NCBI GenBank assembly: GCA_030867685.1
Contig: JAQOWU010000008.1
Span: forward strand, 3,844,001-3,908,000
DNA from: Wickerhamiella versatilis
Taxonomy: Eukaryota
Length of the DNA stretch: 64,000 nt
Direction of reading: 5' to 3'
How positions within the stretch are numbered: the stretch's first letter is position 1; every line of letters begins with the position of its first letter. A program made the position numbers and the translations under genes. Shown in pieces: positions 1-8,855 of this stretch. The notes under the pieces were generated by a model, which was not told the DNA's origin, did not search any database, and was given only the letters and a program-made list of their open reading frames with translations.

Positions 1-1
1 A

Positions 2-46
2 TTCCGGGAACTCGTTAATAGCACAGCGAACCGTCTCAACCTCTAA
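2..46 (+). CDS. Possible 3' end of a gene that starts upstream of the window (...FRELVNSTANRLNL*)
   Basis: Open frame from the window edge to TAA at 44-46, followed by TA-rich terminator-like sequence and convergent with UBP6. Too short to identify. Confidence 0.3.
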   Translation, partial: FRELVNSTANRLNL

Positions 47-108
47 ACACTATAAAGTATATGTAGACATATATATATAAAGCCCAAGCTGATAGTCCTA
101 CAGCCTTA

Positions 109-1500
109 TTACTCCTCAGCGCTCTTGTAAAGAAGGATTAGCGCAGAATCAGACTCGCCACCTCCGGCTAGACCCTCAATTCGTGCATCGTCCACCTCTG
201 TAACTTTATCGTCATTGAACCTCCACCATGCGTTAGGACGCTTCTTATTTTTGGTAAAGCACTGATAGTGACCAGAATCTGCCGACATGCCTTGATGGGT
301 CACCACCGCGACTAGATCATATATTCCGTGCGGGCTGGCATTCTTGTCTGAAAAAGTAGCAGCCGAATCACGAAATTTCTGTTTCAAAGCCTCCAACTTT
401 TCCGCTGGAACTTCAGCTGATACGTTTTTGTCACTGAATTTTGCACGACGGGCTGCACGCTTTGCCTCCTCAACTTCGGTTTCTACCTCTCGGAAAGCAT
501 CTCTAATTGGCCGCATCTTTTGCTGTAATTCAGATGTACAAAGGTCCTGTACGTCAAGTTGGAGCGGGAATGCCACTCTGCGAAGAATTTTAGAGTTCAT
601 ACTGGTATCTCGTCTCCAGAAAAACCGGACGAATTGCACTGTTAAATACTTGGGAAGCCGCGAAATACGGCGAGACACCGTATACCGAGCATCTGCACCT
701 AATGCATCATTATGCTTGGTGATTTCTTCCGTAAGTGCTGCCCGCAACCCATCCTTGAGGAAATTGGTGTGGACAGAAATATGACAATTAAGCTTGGCAA
801 ATTCTTCATGAGAGTGTACTGCAGGCTCATCATGCTCCTCGCAGCGTGTAGTAACATCAAATTCTCCATCGAGTAGCTGACGCGCTGCATCAACACCACT
901 GCTTTTCAATTCCTGGATCAGATTCGTCCATAACTCTTCCGCATCCTGCTGCTTGGGGATACCATGGTCACCAACCTCAGCAAATTGAGGAAACTGGGAC
1001 CTTAGCGCCTGTATGAAGACGTAAGGCGATCGACTCTCCACTGGTGGTGCAATTAGGGAGGATAAAGACTTTACTAGAAGGTTGGTGCCCCCGTATTCTG
1101 CAGCAGCCCCACCAAGTTCAGGAATCATGCGCATTGCCTGCAATGTGCTATTGGCGTAGCACGTATTGCCCATATTTGGGAATCCCGGAGGGATTTTAGC
1201 ATTATCATTTTCGCCACCCGAGCCAGACGTTTTCTGATCTGCTGATTCTGATGGCTCTGGGGCCTTGATCTCTGCCTTGGCTGCAGCGGTCCCCAACATC
1301 ATTACGGTTTGGCCATTTTTCAATCCTGCATCACTGAGGGTAACCTCGCTGGAGAGTTGTTTTCCTCTCACTAGAACCTTCTGTCGCGATGCCTCAACTT
1401 GTGTCAACTCAGTAAGCTTCTCCTTGAGAGAAATACCCAGTGATTCATCTGGAAGGTCTACATCGTAGGTCTTGCCTGCATGCTTGACGTGTACGAGCAT
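109..1500 (-). CDS. UBP6: Proteasome-associated ubiquitin C-terminal hydrolase (UBL + USP domain)
   Basis: N-terminal ubiquitin-like domain (VKHAGKTY...RQKVLVRG), Cys box NMGNTCYANS, QQDAEE, His box HQG..ADSGHY. ATG at 1500; a short upstream exon is possible (see findings). Confidence 0.93.
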   Translation of the reverse strand: MLVHVKHAGKTYDVDLPDESLGISLKEKLTELTQVEASRQKVLVRGKQLSSEVTLSDAGLKNGQTVMMLGTAAAKAEIKAPEPSESADQKTSGSGGENDNAKIPPGFPNMGNTCYANSTLQAMRMIPELGGAAAEYGGTNLLVKSLSSLIAPPVESRSPYVFIQALRSQFPQFAEVGDHGIPKQQDAEELWTNLIQELKSSGVDAARQLLDGEFDVTTRCEEHDEPAVHSHEEFAKLNCHISVHTNFLKDGLRAALTEEITKHNDALGADARYTVSRRISRLPKYLTVQFVRFFWRRDTSMNSKILRRVAFPLQLDVQDLCTSELQQKMRPIRDAFREVETEVEEAKRAARRAKFSDKNVSAEVPAEKLEALKQKFRDSAATFSDKNASPHGIYDLVAVVTHQGMSADSGHYQCFTKNKKRPNAWWRFNDDKVTEVDDARIEGLAGGGESDSALILLYKSAEE

Positions 1501-1739
1501 CAACTTGCACTTGAAATTGGTTAGTCAGATCAACTGGTGGTGGTGGGTCCAAATGGAACAGAAACAGAACAGGTTACGAATATGCACTTGGTTTGATAAA
1601 AATTTCTAGGAACTCACAATGCTTCTCATTGAACACTGTGCACGATAGAATTACCAGCCAAATCATCAACATTTCTTACCGTTTGTCCTGCTCCAAACAG
1701 AGGTACACGCTGCTTACGCTACCAACCAACGCATAGGGA

Positions 1740-2261
1740 ATGCTGGTCGATCTCCATCCCCGGCGACTCCGGAGACAGCTGTCTACACTCCTCAACATGA
1801 TGATGGTGCTAGCTGGTGCCTTCATGGCCTATAAAACGCTAGGGGTTATCGCAAACACGGGTACGCCTGCAGTGGTGGTGCTGAGTGGCAGCATGGAGCC
1901 TGCCTTTCAGCGGGGTGATATCCTGTTGTTATGGAATCGTGAGAACCACGTGAATGTAGGGGATGTGGTGGTCTATGAGACGAATCGTCGCAGTATACCA
2001 ATTGTCCATCGGGTGGTCCATGATCACGAGAGCTCCCGGAAGCAGCTTGTTTTAACCAAGGGAGATAACAACCCAACTAACGACCTGGATCTTTACGGTT
2101 ACCGACAAAATTATCTCGACAGAACTAAGGATATTGAGGGCGGGGTTGTAAAGTTCTATATTCCTAAACTGGGGTATGCCACCATAGTGATGACAGAGAA
2201 TCCTAAAATCAAGACAGTGTTTCTTGCGCTTGCCGTGCTATTTGCAGGCCTTACTGAGTAG
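1740..2261 (+). CDS. SEC11: Signal peptidase complex catalytic subunit
   Basis: VVVLSGSMEPAFQRGDIL, PIVHRV and TKGDNN motifs of S26B peptidases. Confidence 0.95.
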   Translation: MLVDLHPRRLRRQLSTLLNMMMVLAGAFMAYKTLGVIANTGTPAVVVLSGSMEPAFQRGDILLLWNRENHVNVGDVVVYETNRRSIPIVHRVVHDHESSRKQLVLTKGDNNPTNDLDLYGYRQNYLDRTKDIEGGVVKFYIPKLGYATIVMTENPKIKTVFLALAVLFAGLTE

Positions 2262-2298
2262 GTATAAAAAATTAGCATCCATTTTATTTTTTATGAAT

Positions 2299-2811
2299 TT
2301 AGCTGTCGAAGGGCAACAAATAAGATTCGGCGACATGTCGAGCACGGGCGTTTACGAACAGCTTGATCTCGGAGATCTCTTTATCGACTTCTTGCATAAA
2401 TTCCACAATGAAGTCAACCAGCTTATGCTTCAACATGGTCTCAACGTGAACATTCGTGACGAGGAAACTGATGTCGTACCCGGGCACTGGCACTCTGCGT
2501 AGGATATAGAAACTTTCGGCTCGTCTGGTGAGGAAACGGGTGAATTGAGTAACGAGTATCGTCTCCAGCTCATCAGCCTGCTTGATCTTGATGGAAATAC
2601 GAACGCTGTTGATGCTGGGCTCTATAAGCACGCTCTCATTCTCGTTACGAGCAATGTGCATCGTGTTCAACAGAGCCATGGGATTCGTCTGAGCCTCTAC
2701 CTCAGGATAGTTGAGCCGTTCGACTATCTCACTGCCGAAATTCTCCAAGCACAATGCTGAAGTTAGCGAGGTCCTCACAGCATTAAGATATGGTCTGAGC
2801 GTCTGCGACAT
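2299..2811 (-). CDS. ARC19: Arp2/3 complex 20 kDa subunit (ARPC4)
   Basis: [13 protein letters not shown]..., [39 protein letters not shown]. Confidence 0.96.
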   Translation of the reverse strand: MSQTLRPYLNAVRTSLTSALCLENFGSEIVERLNYPEVEAQTNPMALLNTMHIARNENESVLIEPSINSVRISIKIKQADELETILVTQFTRFLTRRAESFYILRRVPVPGYDISFLVTNVHVETMLKHKLVDFIVEFMQEVDKEISEIKLFVNARARHVAESYLLPFDS

Positions 2812-2932
2812 CGATGGCTGCTGCTTCTGCTTACTCAGAATATCTTGGTGCCTAAAGATTGTTTGGCGTGAGCTTAGCCAACGACTCGCTGACTATCGTT
2901 TGCCCAAAGGCAGTTGAAAGGTACAGTATGAA

Positions 2933-4219
2933 ATGTGGCAGGCAGCAACAGATAAGCATGGTCGTCAATATTTCTATAATAAGTATACTCGAGTAACTAC
3001 CTGGGAAAAGCCCAAGGAGTTATGGACACCGCAGGAACTACAGCTGCACAGATTGGGCTGGCAAAGATACACAACTAAGGATGGCAGACCGTACTGGTAT
3101 AATGGCCAATTGAAAAAAAGTGTATGGAATCCGTTAGAAATTTCTGAAGGTACTTCGACAGAAACAAATGAAGATAATTTGGATGGTTCGCCTGCGAAGC
3201 GGGCGAAAATCGTCGACAACTCAGATACTTCAGATTTATACTCAGCCTTTGATCAGGCATGTGTCATTGGAAAAAACTATAGAGATGCACTGCCTTCCCT
3301 CATCCACATCGAACAGTTTAGGTGTTTGGAAAATATGACAGAACGGGTCAAGGCTTTCGAAGACTATCAAAGAATAAGGGGTATTCGGAACTCTTCAATT
3401 GAGAGTGAGAAAAACTTTAGTGATGCTTTTGTTGAGCTTGAAAAGTTTAAGACTGCGAAGTCTTTTTCGGAGATAGAACCATATTTAGCGACGTCAATAC
3501 TTTCTTCGAGGGATAAAAAGAAAGCATTTGAGGTTTTTGCGGAAGCGGGAAGCATCATAAGCCACAAATATGCACCTGAAATATATGAGAATGAGAAAGG
3601 ACGAATGGAACACGACCTCTCCACTCAATTGTCGCAGCAATCTGTGAGTAACGTTGACGTCGAACAACTCATGCTAATACTGAAAAGTTCCGACAACTTT
3701 AGCATTGAAGAAAATGACAAAATAGAAATCTGTAAGGCCTCCATCGAGAAATATTGTGAGAAAGTCAATCAGTGGTTGTTAACCCAAGCAAACCGCGAAG
3801 ATCGCGAGGACCGCCATGCCCGAGAAAATTTCATACTTTACCTTAGTAAATTACCGAAATCAGATCTTATTAGCTGGTCGAAAATTGTCGAAAAGAGAGA
3901 TAAACCATTAAAAGAGATGTGTGGAAGAATTGGATCGGGTGCTAACGAATTATATGCAGAGTACGTTAGCCGTTGCAGATCACTGTTAAAAGATTCGGTT
4001 AAAAATGCCAGGGAATTAATGGCGAGGCATGACTACACGATCGAGAAAATTTCAGAAAATAAACTCAGGGACTTTTTAGTGCATGAATCAGATATTGAAG
4101 ACGTGGACACTGTACTTGATGTAATATTCCGCAGACCACCATTCGATAAAGAAGCAACTGATGGCGGTATCCTAGATATTCCTCAAAAAAACGGTAAAAT
4201 GGATATTTTGCCATACTGA
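2933..4219 (+). CDS. PRP40: WW/FF-domain pre-mRNA processing factor, Prp40-like (diverged, shortened)
   Basis: Two tandem N-terminal WW domains (WQ..TDKHGRQYFYN...TTWEKP; WQRYTTKDGRPYWYN...SVW) followed by FF-like helical segments. Confidence 0.7.
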   Translation: MWQAATDKHGRQYFYNKYTRVTTWEKPKELWTPQELQLHRLGWQRYTTKDGRPYWYNGQLKKSVWNPLEISEGTSTETNEDNLDGSPAKRAKIVDNSDTSDLYSAFDQACVIGKNYRDALPSLIHIEQFRCLENMTERVKAFEDYQRIRGIRNSSIESEKNFSDAFVELEKFKTAKSFSEIEPYLATSILSSRDKKKAFEVFAEAGSIISHKYAPEIYENEKGRMEHDLSTQLSQQSVSNVDVEQLMLILKSSDNFSIEENDKIEICKASIEKYCEKVNQWLLTQANREDREDRHARENFILYLSKLPKSDLISWSKIVEKRDKPLKEMCGRIGSGANELYAEYVSRCRSLLKDSVKNARELMARHDYTIEKISENKLRDFLVHESDIEDVDTVLDVIFRRPPFDKEATDGGILDIPQKNGKMDILPY

Positions 4220-4477
4220 ACGACTTGGATTGTTGTCGATATTACCCTAATATCTGTATTAGATATTCCATATCGTACCTAGATAATATAACTTTAGTGA
4301 TTGGCATATTTGCTCTGTGATAGATATAATATTAAAAGGCCCATGATATGAAGTTGCATTGGGTGACTGTGCTACAATCGGATTCTTACGGGTTAAAGCT
4401 GGAGGATCTTTTACAATTTCGGTCGTGTGCTTGATTTGTCACCACAACGCATTCAGAATAGCCGACTTGTGAGCCGT

Positions 4478-6361
4478 ATGCAAGAGGCAGAGGATGACCC
4501 GCTAGCATTGGCATTGGCCAATGAGTTTGCATTTGTGGATGATTCATTCTCTAACATTACAGATCAGACACCAAGTGCTGCACCCGGTGCCACAGGTGAG
4601 AACACATCACCAGATACACAAATGGCTGTATCGCCAACTTCATCCCAGTTATCTACCACTCAGGAAGCTAGAAATGCGCAAAATTCCCAGGCGTTGCAAA
4701 ATCGCGGTGTTGAGATATTGCGATCCACGGAACTTCACAATCGGGCTTGTGATGAATGCCGCAGAAGGAAAGCAGCCTGTTATTACCTGAAAGGTGATGA
4801 TTCGAAGTGTTTTAGGTGTCAGATGGAGGATGTGGAATGTACTTTTAGCGCGCACTCTCAACGCAAGTCGAACCCACAATCTAAATCCTTACCTTTGCAA
4901 CACAAACAGGTGCTAGGTGCCGGCCCTGTAGAGGATTATAGTGCTCTTCCTGGGCGAAGTCTTTTGAAGAAAACATTATCTTTGCAACACCCACGATCAT
5001 CTTTTGCGATTGGCAGATTCAGCTTGTGGGACAGGCAAATACTGAGCGGTATTCCTCTAGACCGAAGCGGACAGGCCCGCATAGCGTCAAACCTTACTTT
5101 GCGCAGAATATACGATGACACTTATTTTCTGGTCAAGAATGAAGGGTGTCAATCTGAATGGATAAAAGAGAGTGACTCAATTGAACAAGCTGTTGCCCCA
5201 CATGGCCGCGCTTTGGTAAATGCTTATTTTCACTTCTGTCAGCCATCTTATCCATTATTACAGGAAAAAGTATTCCTTGAAAAGTATACTCGTACCTATA
5301 GAGAATTGACTCCGGCTCTTTTGGGTGCAGTCTACCTCTCAGCTTTGAAGTTTTGGTACCAAAGTTCTGAGCTTCGAACAGCTGCACGTCCCCCTGAGCT
5401 AGGGCCTCAACTTCAAAAACTAGCCTTACGTTCCTTCTTTAGGAACTCTGGAAGTGTCTCACTCTCATTGATTCAGGCCGGTCTCTTATTGATAGAGGCG
5501 ACTGTCGGCGATCCTCGTCACGTTAGCATTATTTCCGTTGTGAAGGCCATTGGTTACCGTTTAGCATTGCATCGCGACTGTACAAAATGGGAGTTGCCAC
5601 TTTGGGAAATCAACTTGAGATTAAGATTGAGTTGGAGTGTGGTATCTCAGGCATCTTGGTTAGCTTTGTTTGAGAGTTTGCCAGGGCTAGTTGAGAACTC
5701 TTGGGACCTTGTTCCGCTGGGTATAGATAATTTCGAGACAGCTGGAATGGCTACTCCAGACATATCGCTATTTACTACTGTGATGAAACTTAGCCTGTTG
5801 GTTCGCGATATTCATGTGTTTCTGCTGTGCGACGAAGACACGAAGTCAACCTCGATGGAACATATTTTGGCCCGGGTTAAACCAATCCAAATAAACTTAC
5901 GCCAATGGTATCATGATCTTCCTACCGCACTGAATTCTAAGGAGAAGTACTTCTCCCTCCACATATTGTACCTAGCGGCAGAGGCTTCAATTCACCGCTA
6001 TATTATACGCAGTCTCGCTGATTTTCAGCGTACTGCTCCCCAAGATATGGAAATGGTGGAGGTTTGTCGGTCCTCAGCACGTGATCGATTAGAGGCGGCC
6101 GCTAATTTATTGCAAGATTTGAAGCCAGAGTATTTTTGGACCAACTGGTCCGTAGTAAGTGCTCCTGGTATCGCATCTCTTGGAGTTTTGGCCGCATTAA
6201 TGTATATGACAAGCTCTTCGGCAGCTGAAGCAGAATTTTTCAAGGGCTATCTTACTACATATGTTGACAAGATCAGCACCTTCAGCGAGCACGAAATTAT
6301 GGCCGCTGCTCTTTCCATAATACACTCATCTCTAGCTGGAGTGCCTGGTATTAATATATAA
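4478..6361 (+). CDS. DAL81: Zn(II)2Cys6 transcription factor, Dal81/TamA-like
   Basis: CDECRRRKAAC...CFRC......C zinc cluster; SLLKKTLSLQHPRSS segment resembling Dal81/TamA; fungal TF middle-homology region. First ATG at 4478. Confidence 0.75.
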   Translation: MQEAEDDPLALALANEFAFVDDSFSNITDQTPSAAPGATGENTSPDTQMAVSPTSSQLSTTQEARNAQNSQALQNRGVEILRSTELHNRACDECRRRKAACYYLKGDDSKCFRCQMEDVECTFSAHSQRKSNPQSKSLPLQHKQVLGAGPVEDYSALPGRSLLKKTLSLQHPRSSFAIGRFSLWDRQILSGIPLDRSGQARIASNLTLRRIYDDTYFLVKNEGCQSEWIKESDSIEQAVAPHGRALVNAYFHFCQPSYPLLQEKVFLEKYTRTYRELTPALLGAVYLSALKFWYQSSELRTAARPPELGPQLQKLALRSFFRNSGSVSLSLIQAGLLLIEATVGDPRHVSIISVVKAIGYRLALHRDCTKWELPLWEINLRLRLSWSVVSQASWLALFESLPGLVENSWDLVPLGIDNFETAGMATPDISLFTTVMKLSLLVRDIHVFLLCDEDTKSTSMEHILARVKPIQINLRQWYHDLPTALNSKEKYFSLHILYLAAEASIHRYIIRSLADFQRTAPQDMEMVEVCRSSARDRLEAAANLLQDLKPEYFWTNWSVVSAPGIASLGVLAALMYMTSSSAAEAEFFKGYLTTYVDKISTFSEHEIMAAALSIIHSSLAGVPGINI

Positions 6362-6372
6362 ATTAAGACATT

Positions 6373-6729
6373 TTACAAAAACTTTGATTTTTCACCTGAT
6401 TTAGCAGGCTCTTGGCTAGACTTCGAGGTTGTCTCAGACGACGCCTTCCAGAGATCATTATTTGACTCAATCTGGGATAATATGTCATTTAGCGAGTCAT
6501 CCTTTGGTTTGTTGGAGCTCAGTTCGGCGTTGATATCTATTTTTTCGCCTGACCGTATGCGGCCCATGAGCAGATGTGAGAAATCAATTTCTGTTCTCGT
6601 CCTACGGTCGAAGCTCTCTCTCTCATTTCGAGTACGAATCAGCCAGAGTATTTCTGAGGTCATTACACCCGCCAATACCATGACTAGCACATTGTCTTTG
6701 GCACCCAACCGGTGAAGAAAGCCGGCCAT
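6373..6729 (-). CDS. Small single-TM fungal protein, DUF5321-like
   Basis: Hydrophobic segment, then a coiled region and the RIRSGEKIDI...L..ILSQIE pattern I recall from DUF5321; fills the gap between two genes. Confidence 0.6.
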   Translation of the reverse strand: MAGFLHRLGAKDNVLVMVLAGVMTSEILWLIRTRNERESFDRRTRTEIDFSHLLMGRIRSGEKIDINAELSSNKPKDDSLNDILSQIESNNDLWKASSETTSKSSQEPAKSGEKSKFL

Positions 6730-6808
6730 GACAATCTGTTAGTCACCAACCTCCAGGCGGGGGACCATCCTTTAGACTTAGAGAATTGTCTCTTCATTAT
6801 GAAAAACC

Positions 6809-7600
6809 TCAAAAAAGTAAGAAATGTCCATCTATATCAGAATCGCTGCTTTTTTCTTCGTTATCATGAGATCGCGATTGCGATCTAAGTTCACGTTGAC
6901 GAGCTAAACCTGCATTGCGTTTTCGCCTGGCCCGCTCGTTCTTCGTCTCGGATTCTTGCTCTGTGTGTCTAACTCTGAATTGTTTGACTTTCTCCGTCAG
7001 AGCAGCTATTTTAGCGGCATTTTTCTTGAATAACTCAAGGGCAAGCTTATCGAGCTCCACAAGATATTGAGGGCTGGTTATAATGTGGATTTTATCCTGT
7101 TCGAGCCACCCAATTGGTGCATCTATGCGCATCGAAATGCGAATAGCCACATTGTCATTAGGCCCAATGCCAGTTTCACGGAATCCCGTTCCTAAGGCAA
7201 GAGATGCTAGATTCCGAGCTGTTTCATGATTTCTACACTTCACATGGAGAATGAATGGTTCAAATTTGTATAGAACATATCTTCGTGGCTCTTCAGGATT
7301 CACTGGCTCGGGGTGTCTGTACTCAGATAATCCCTGGGCCCATCCTTGAAGCTCCTGGGGATCATGGGTGAAGAAAAGCCAGGTTCCACCATCTCCTTTC
7401 CCCCCTACTCGACTTTTATGGCCCTCAATAAAGATACTAACCCTGCCTGCGCATGATGAGGTGGTGACCAAGTCAGGATTTTCGTTCACGAGATTAATCA
7501 AGGGAACTATTTCTTTATCAACTGAGCCCTTAGGGGAGTAATCTACAACACCTAGGCTGGCCAGGATATCAGCTTTTTGACGGGTAAAGCTGTCTCCCAT
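6809..7600 (-). CDS. TYW3: tRNA wybutosine-synthesis methyltransferase
   Basis: DYSPKGSVD, TTSSCAGRVSIF, YKFEPFILHV, GFRETG motifs. Confidence 0.92.
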   Translation of the reverse strand: MGDSFTRQKADILASLGVVDYSPKGSVDKEIVPLINLVNENPDLVTTSSCAGRVSIFIEGHKSRVGGKGDGGTWLFFTHDPQELQGWAQGLSEYRHPEPVNPEEPRRYVLYKFEPFILHVKCRNHETARNLASLALGTGFRETGIGPNDNVAIRISMRIDAPIGWLEQDKIHIITSPQYLVELDKLALELFKKNAAKIAALTEKVKQFRVRHTEQESETKNERARRKRNAGLARQRELRSQSRSHDNEEKSSDSDIDGHFLLF

Positions 7601-7653
7601 ACTCTGCTGCCGGTCGCTTATTTAATCGTCACTTTCGCTACCTTCATCTGGTG

Positions 7654-8250
7654 ATGGATACAGTGATTTCCTCACTTGAGGAAGGGCTTAATGGGCTCGT
7701 TGAGAGCATATCCCGGTACGAGGATGTGCATTCCCAAGTTCATAAGATCGTGAAATTGGATCGTGCGTTTGTTACGGAGGTGGAACATTTGAAAAACCAG
7801 TACGAGGCCACAAGACGTATAGAGGCACTCCAGGACGAGAGTAGTGTCCTCGACAATGAAATCAATAACACATTGTTGCAGCTTTCTGACTGCCGTAAAG
7901 AATTAGAGATTGTGCCAAAGCTGCCCGATTCACAGCAGGCTAAGCCTGTGAATGCGGAGGCGCTGCTCGATTACGCCATAAAAATCACGAAATTTACTCG
8001 GCGTATGCCAGGGATGGAGTCGCTGGTTCCTTGGCCAACAGAAGATAATTTAAGACAGGGGATGCTGGCTGCCCTGGCAATTCAAGACCCTGAGGCCATG
8101 CAAATAGACGCGGAACAGGATTCGACACAAAATGCTAAAATCGATACAGAGGAACATTCCCATCAACACGCACACCCAGGAGCTGCACCTCGACGCGGAG
8201 CTACGAAGCCGCGAAAGATTAGCCTTGACTTTGACTCGGACGAGGAATAA
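7654..8250 (+). CDS. MED4: Mediator complex subunit 4
   Basis: Coiled-coil N-terminus; LLDYAIKITKFT and PWPTEDNLRQGML motifs; acidic tail. Confidence 0.88.
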   Translation: MDTVISSLEEGLNGLVESISRYEDVHSQVHKIVKLDRAFVTEVEHLKNQYEATRRIEALQDESSVLDNEINNTLLQLSDCRKELEIVPKLPDSQQAKPVNAEALLDYAIKITKFTRRMPGMESLVPWPTEDNLRQGMLAALAIQDPEAMQIDAEQDSTQNAKIDTEEHSHQHAHPGAAPRRGATKPRKISLDFDSDEE

Positions 8251-8397
8251 AGGTACTTTATTTTTTACTCTTATGGTGGACAATGCAGGACTTCTATTTC
8301 AGAATTTAATTATTGTTCATTGTCTATTGCCACTGTGAGACTTGATGCATTTAATGCCAAATATCGGAATATGATGTTATCACTCGTGTTTGTAATC

Positions 8398-8700
8398 ATG
8401 TCTTTGGCGGAAGCTGTTTCGAGTTTAGCCACCGAATTCGAGAACCTGAAACTAAACACGTCTGGTTCAATTCAGCAAATCGCTGAAAGATTGGTCACGC
8501 AAGGAGAGGATGATACGAAAGAGGCAGAAAGCACTATATTGGCTGAGGGGGCCAGAGAGTGTGACCGACTCAAGGAGATATTGAATAGTTGCCAGGATTT
8601 AGACAGACAGGTCGATCAACTAGAACAACTCGCACAAATATCTTCAGAACTCTGTCGAATCGTGTCAGGAATAGCCAAAGATTCTTTGTCGCGTCGATAA
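8398..8700 (+). CDS. Small coiled-coil protein (~100 aa), possibly a BLOC-1-type subunit
   Basis: ATG at 8398; heptad-rich sequence (LDRQVDQLEQLAQISSEL); fills the MED4-CTR9 gap. Family assignment is tentative. Confidence 0.5.
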   Translation: MSLAEAVSSLATEFENLKLNTSGSIQQIAERLVTQGEDDTKEAESTILAEGARECDRLKEILNSCQDLDRQVDQLEQLAQISSELCRIVSGIAKDSLSRR

Positions 8701-8855
8701 AAAATGCATAATTCACGAAAGAAAAGACTCAAACCACATTAGTTTAGCATTAATCTAATTTAAAACCCTGCAACAGGAAAAAAAATCATTACTCTCAATT
8801 GTTCTGGTCAGCTATCTATATATTCAGTATTGGAGTTGATGCTGTCTTTGTCAGC

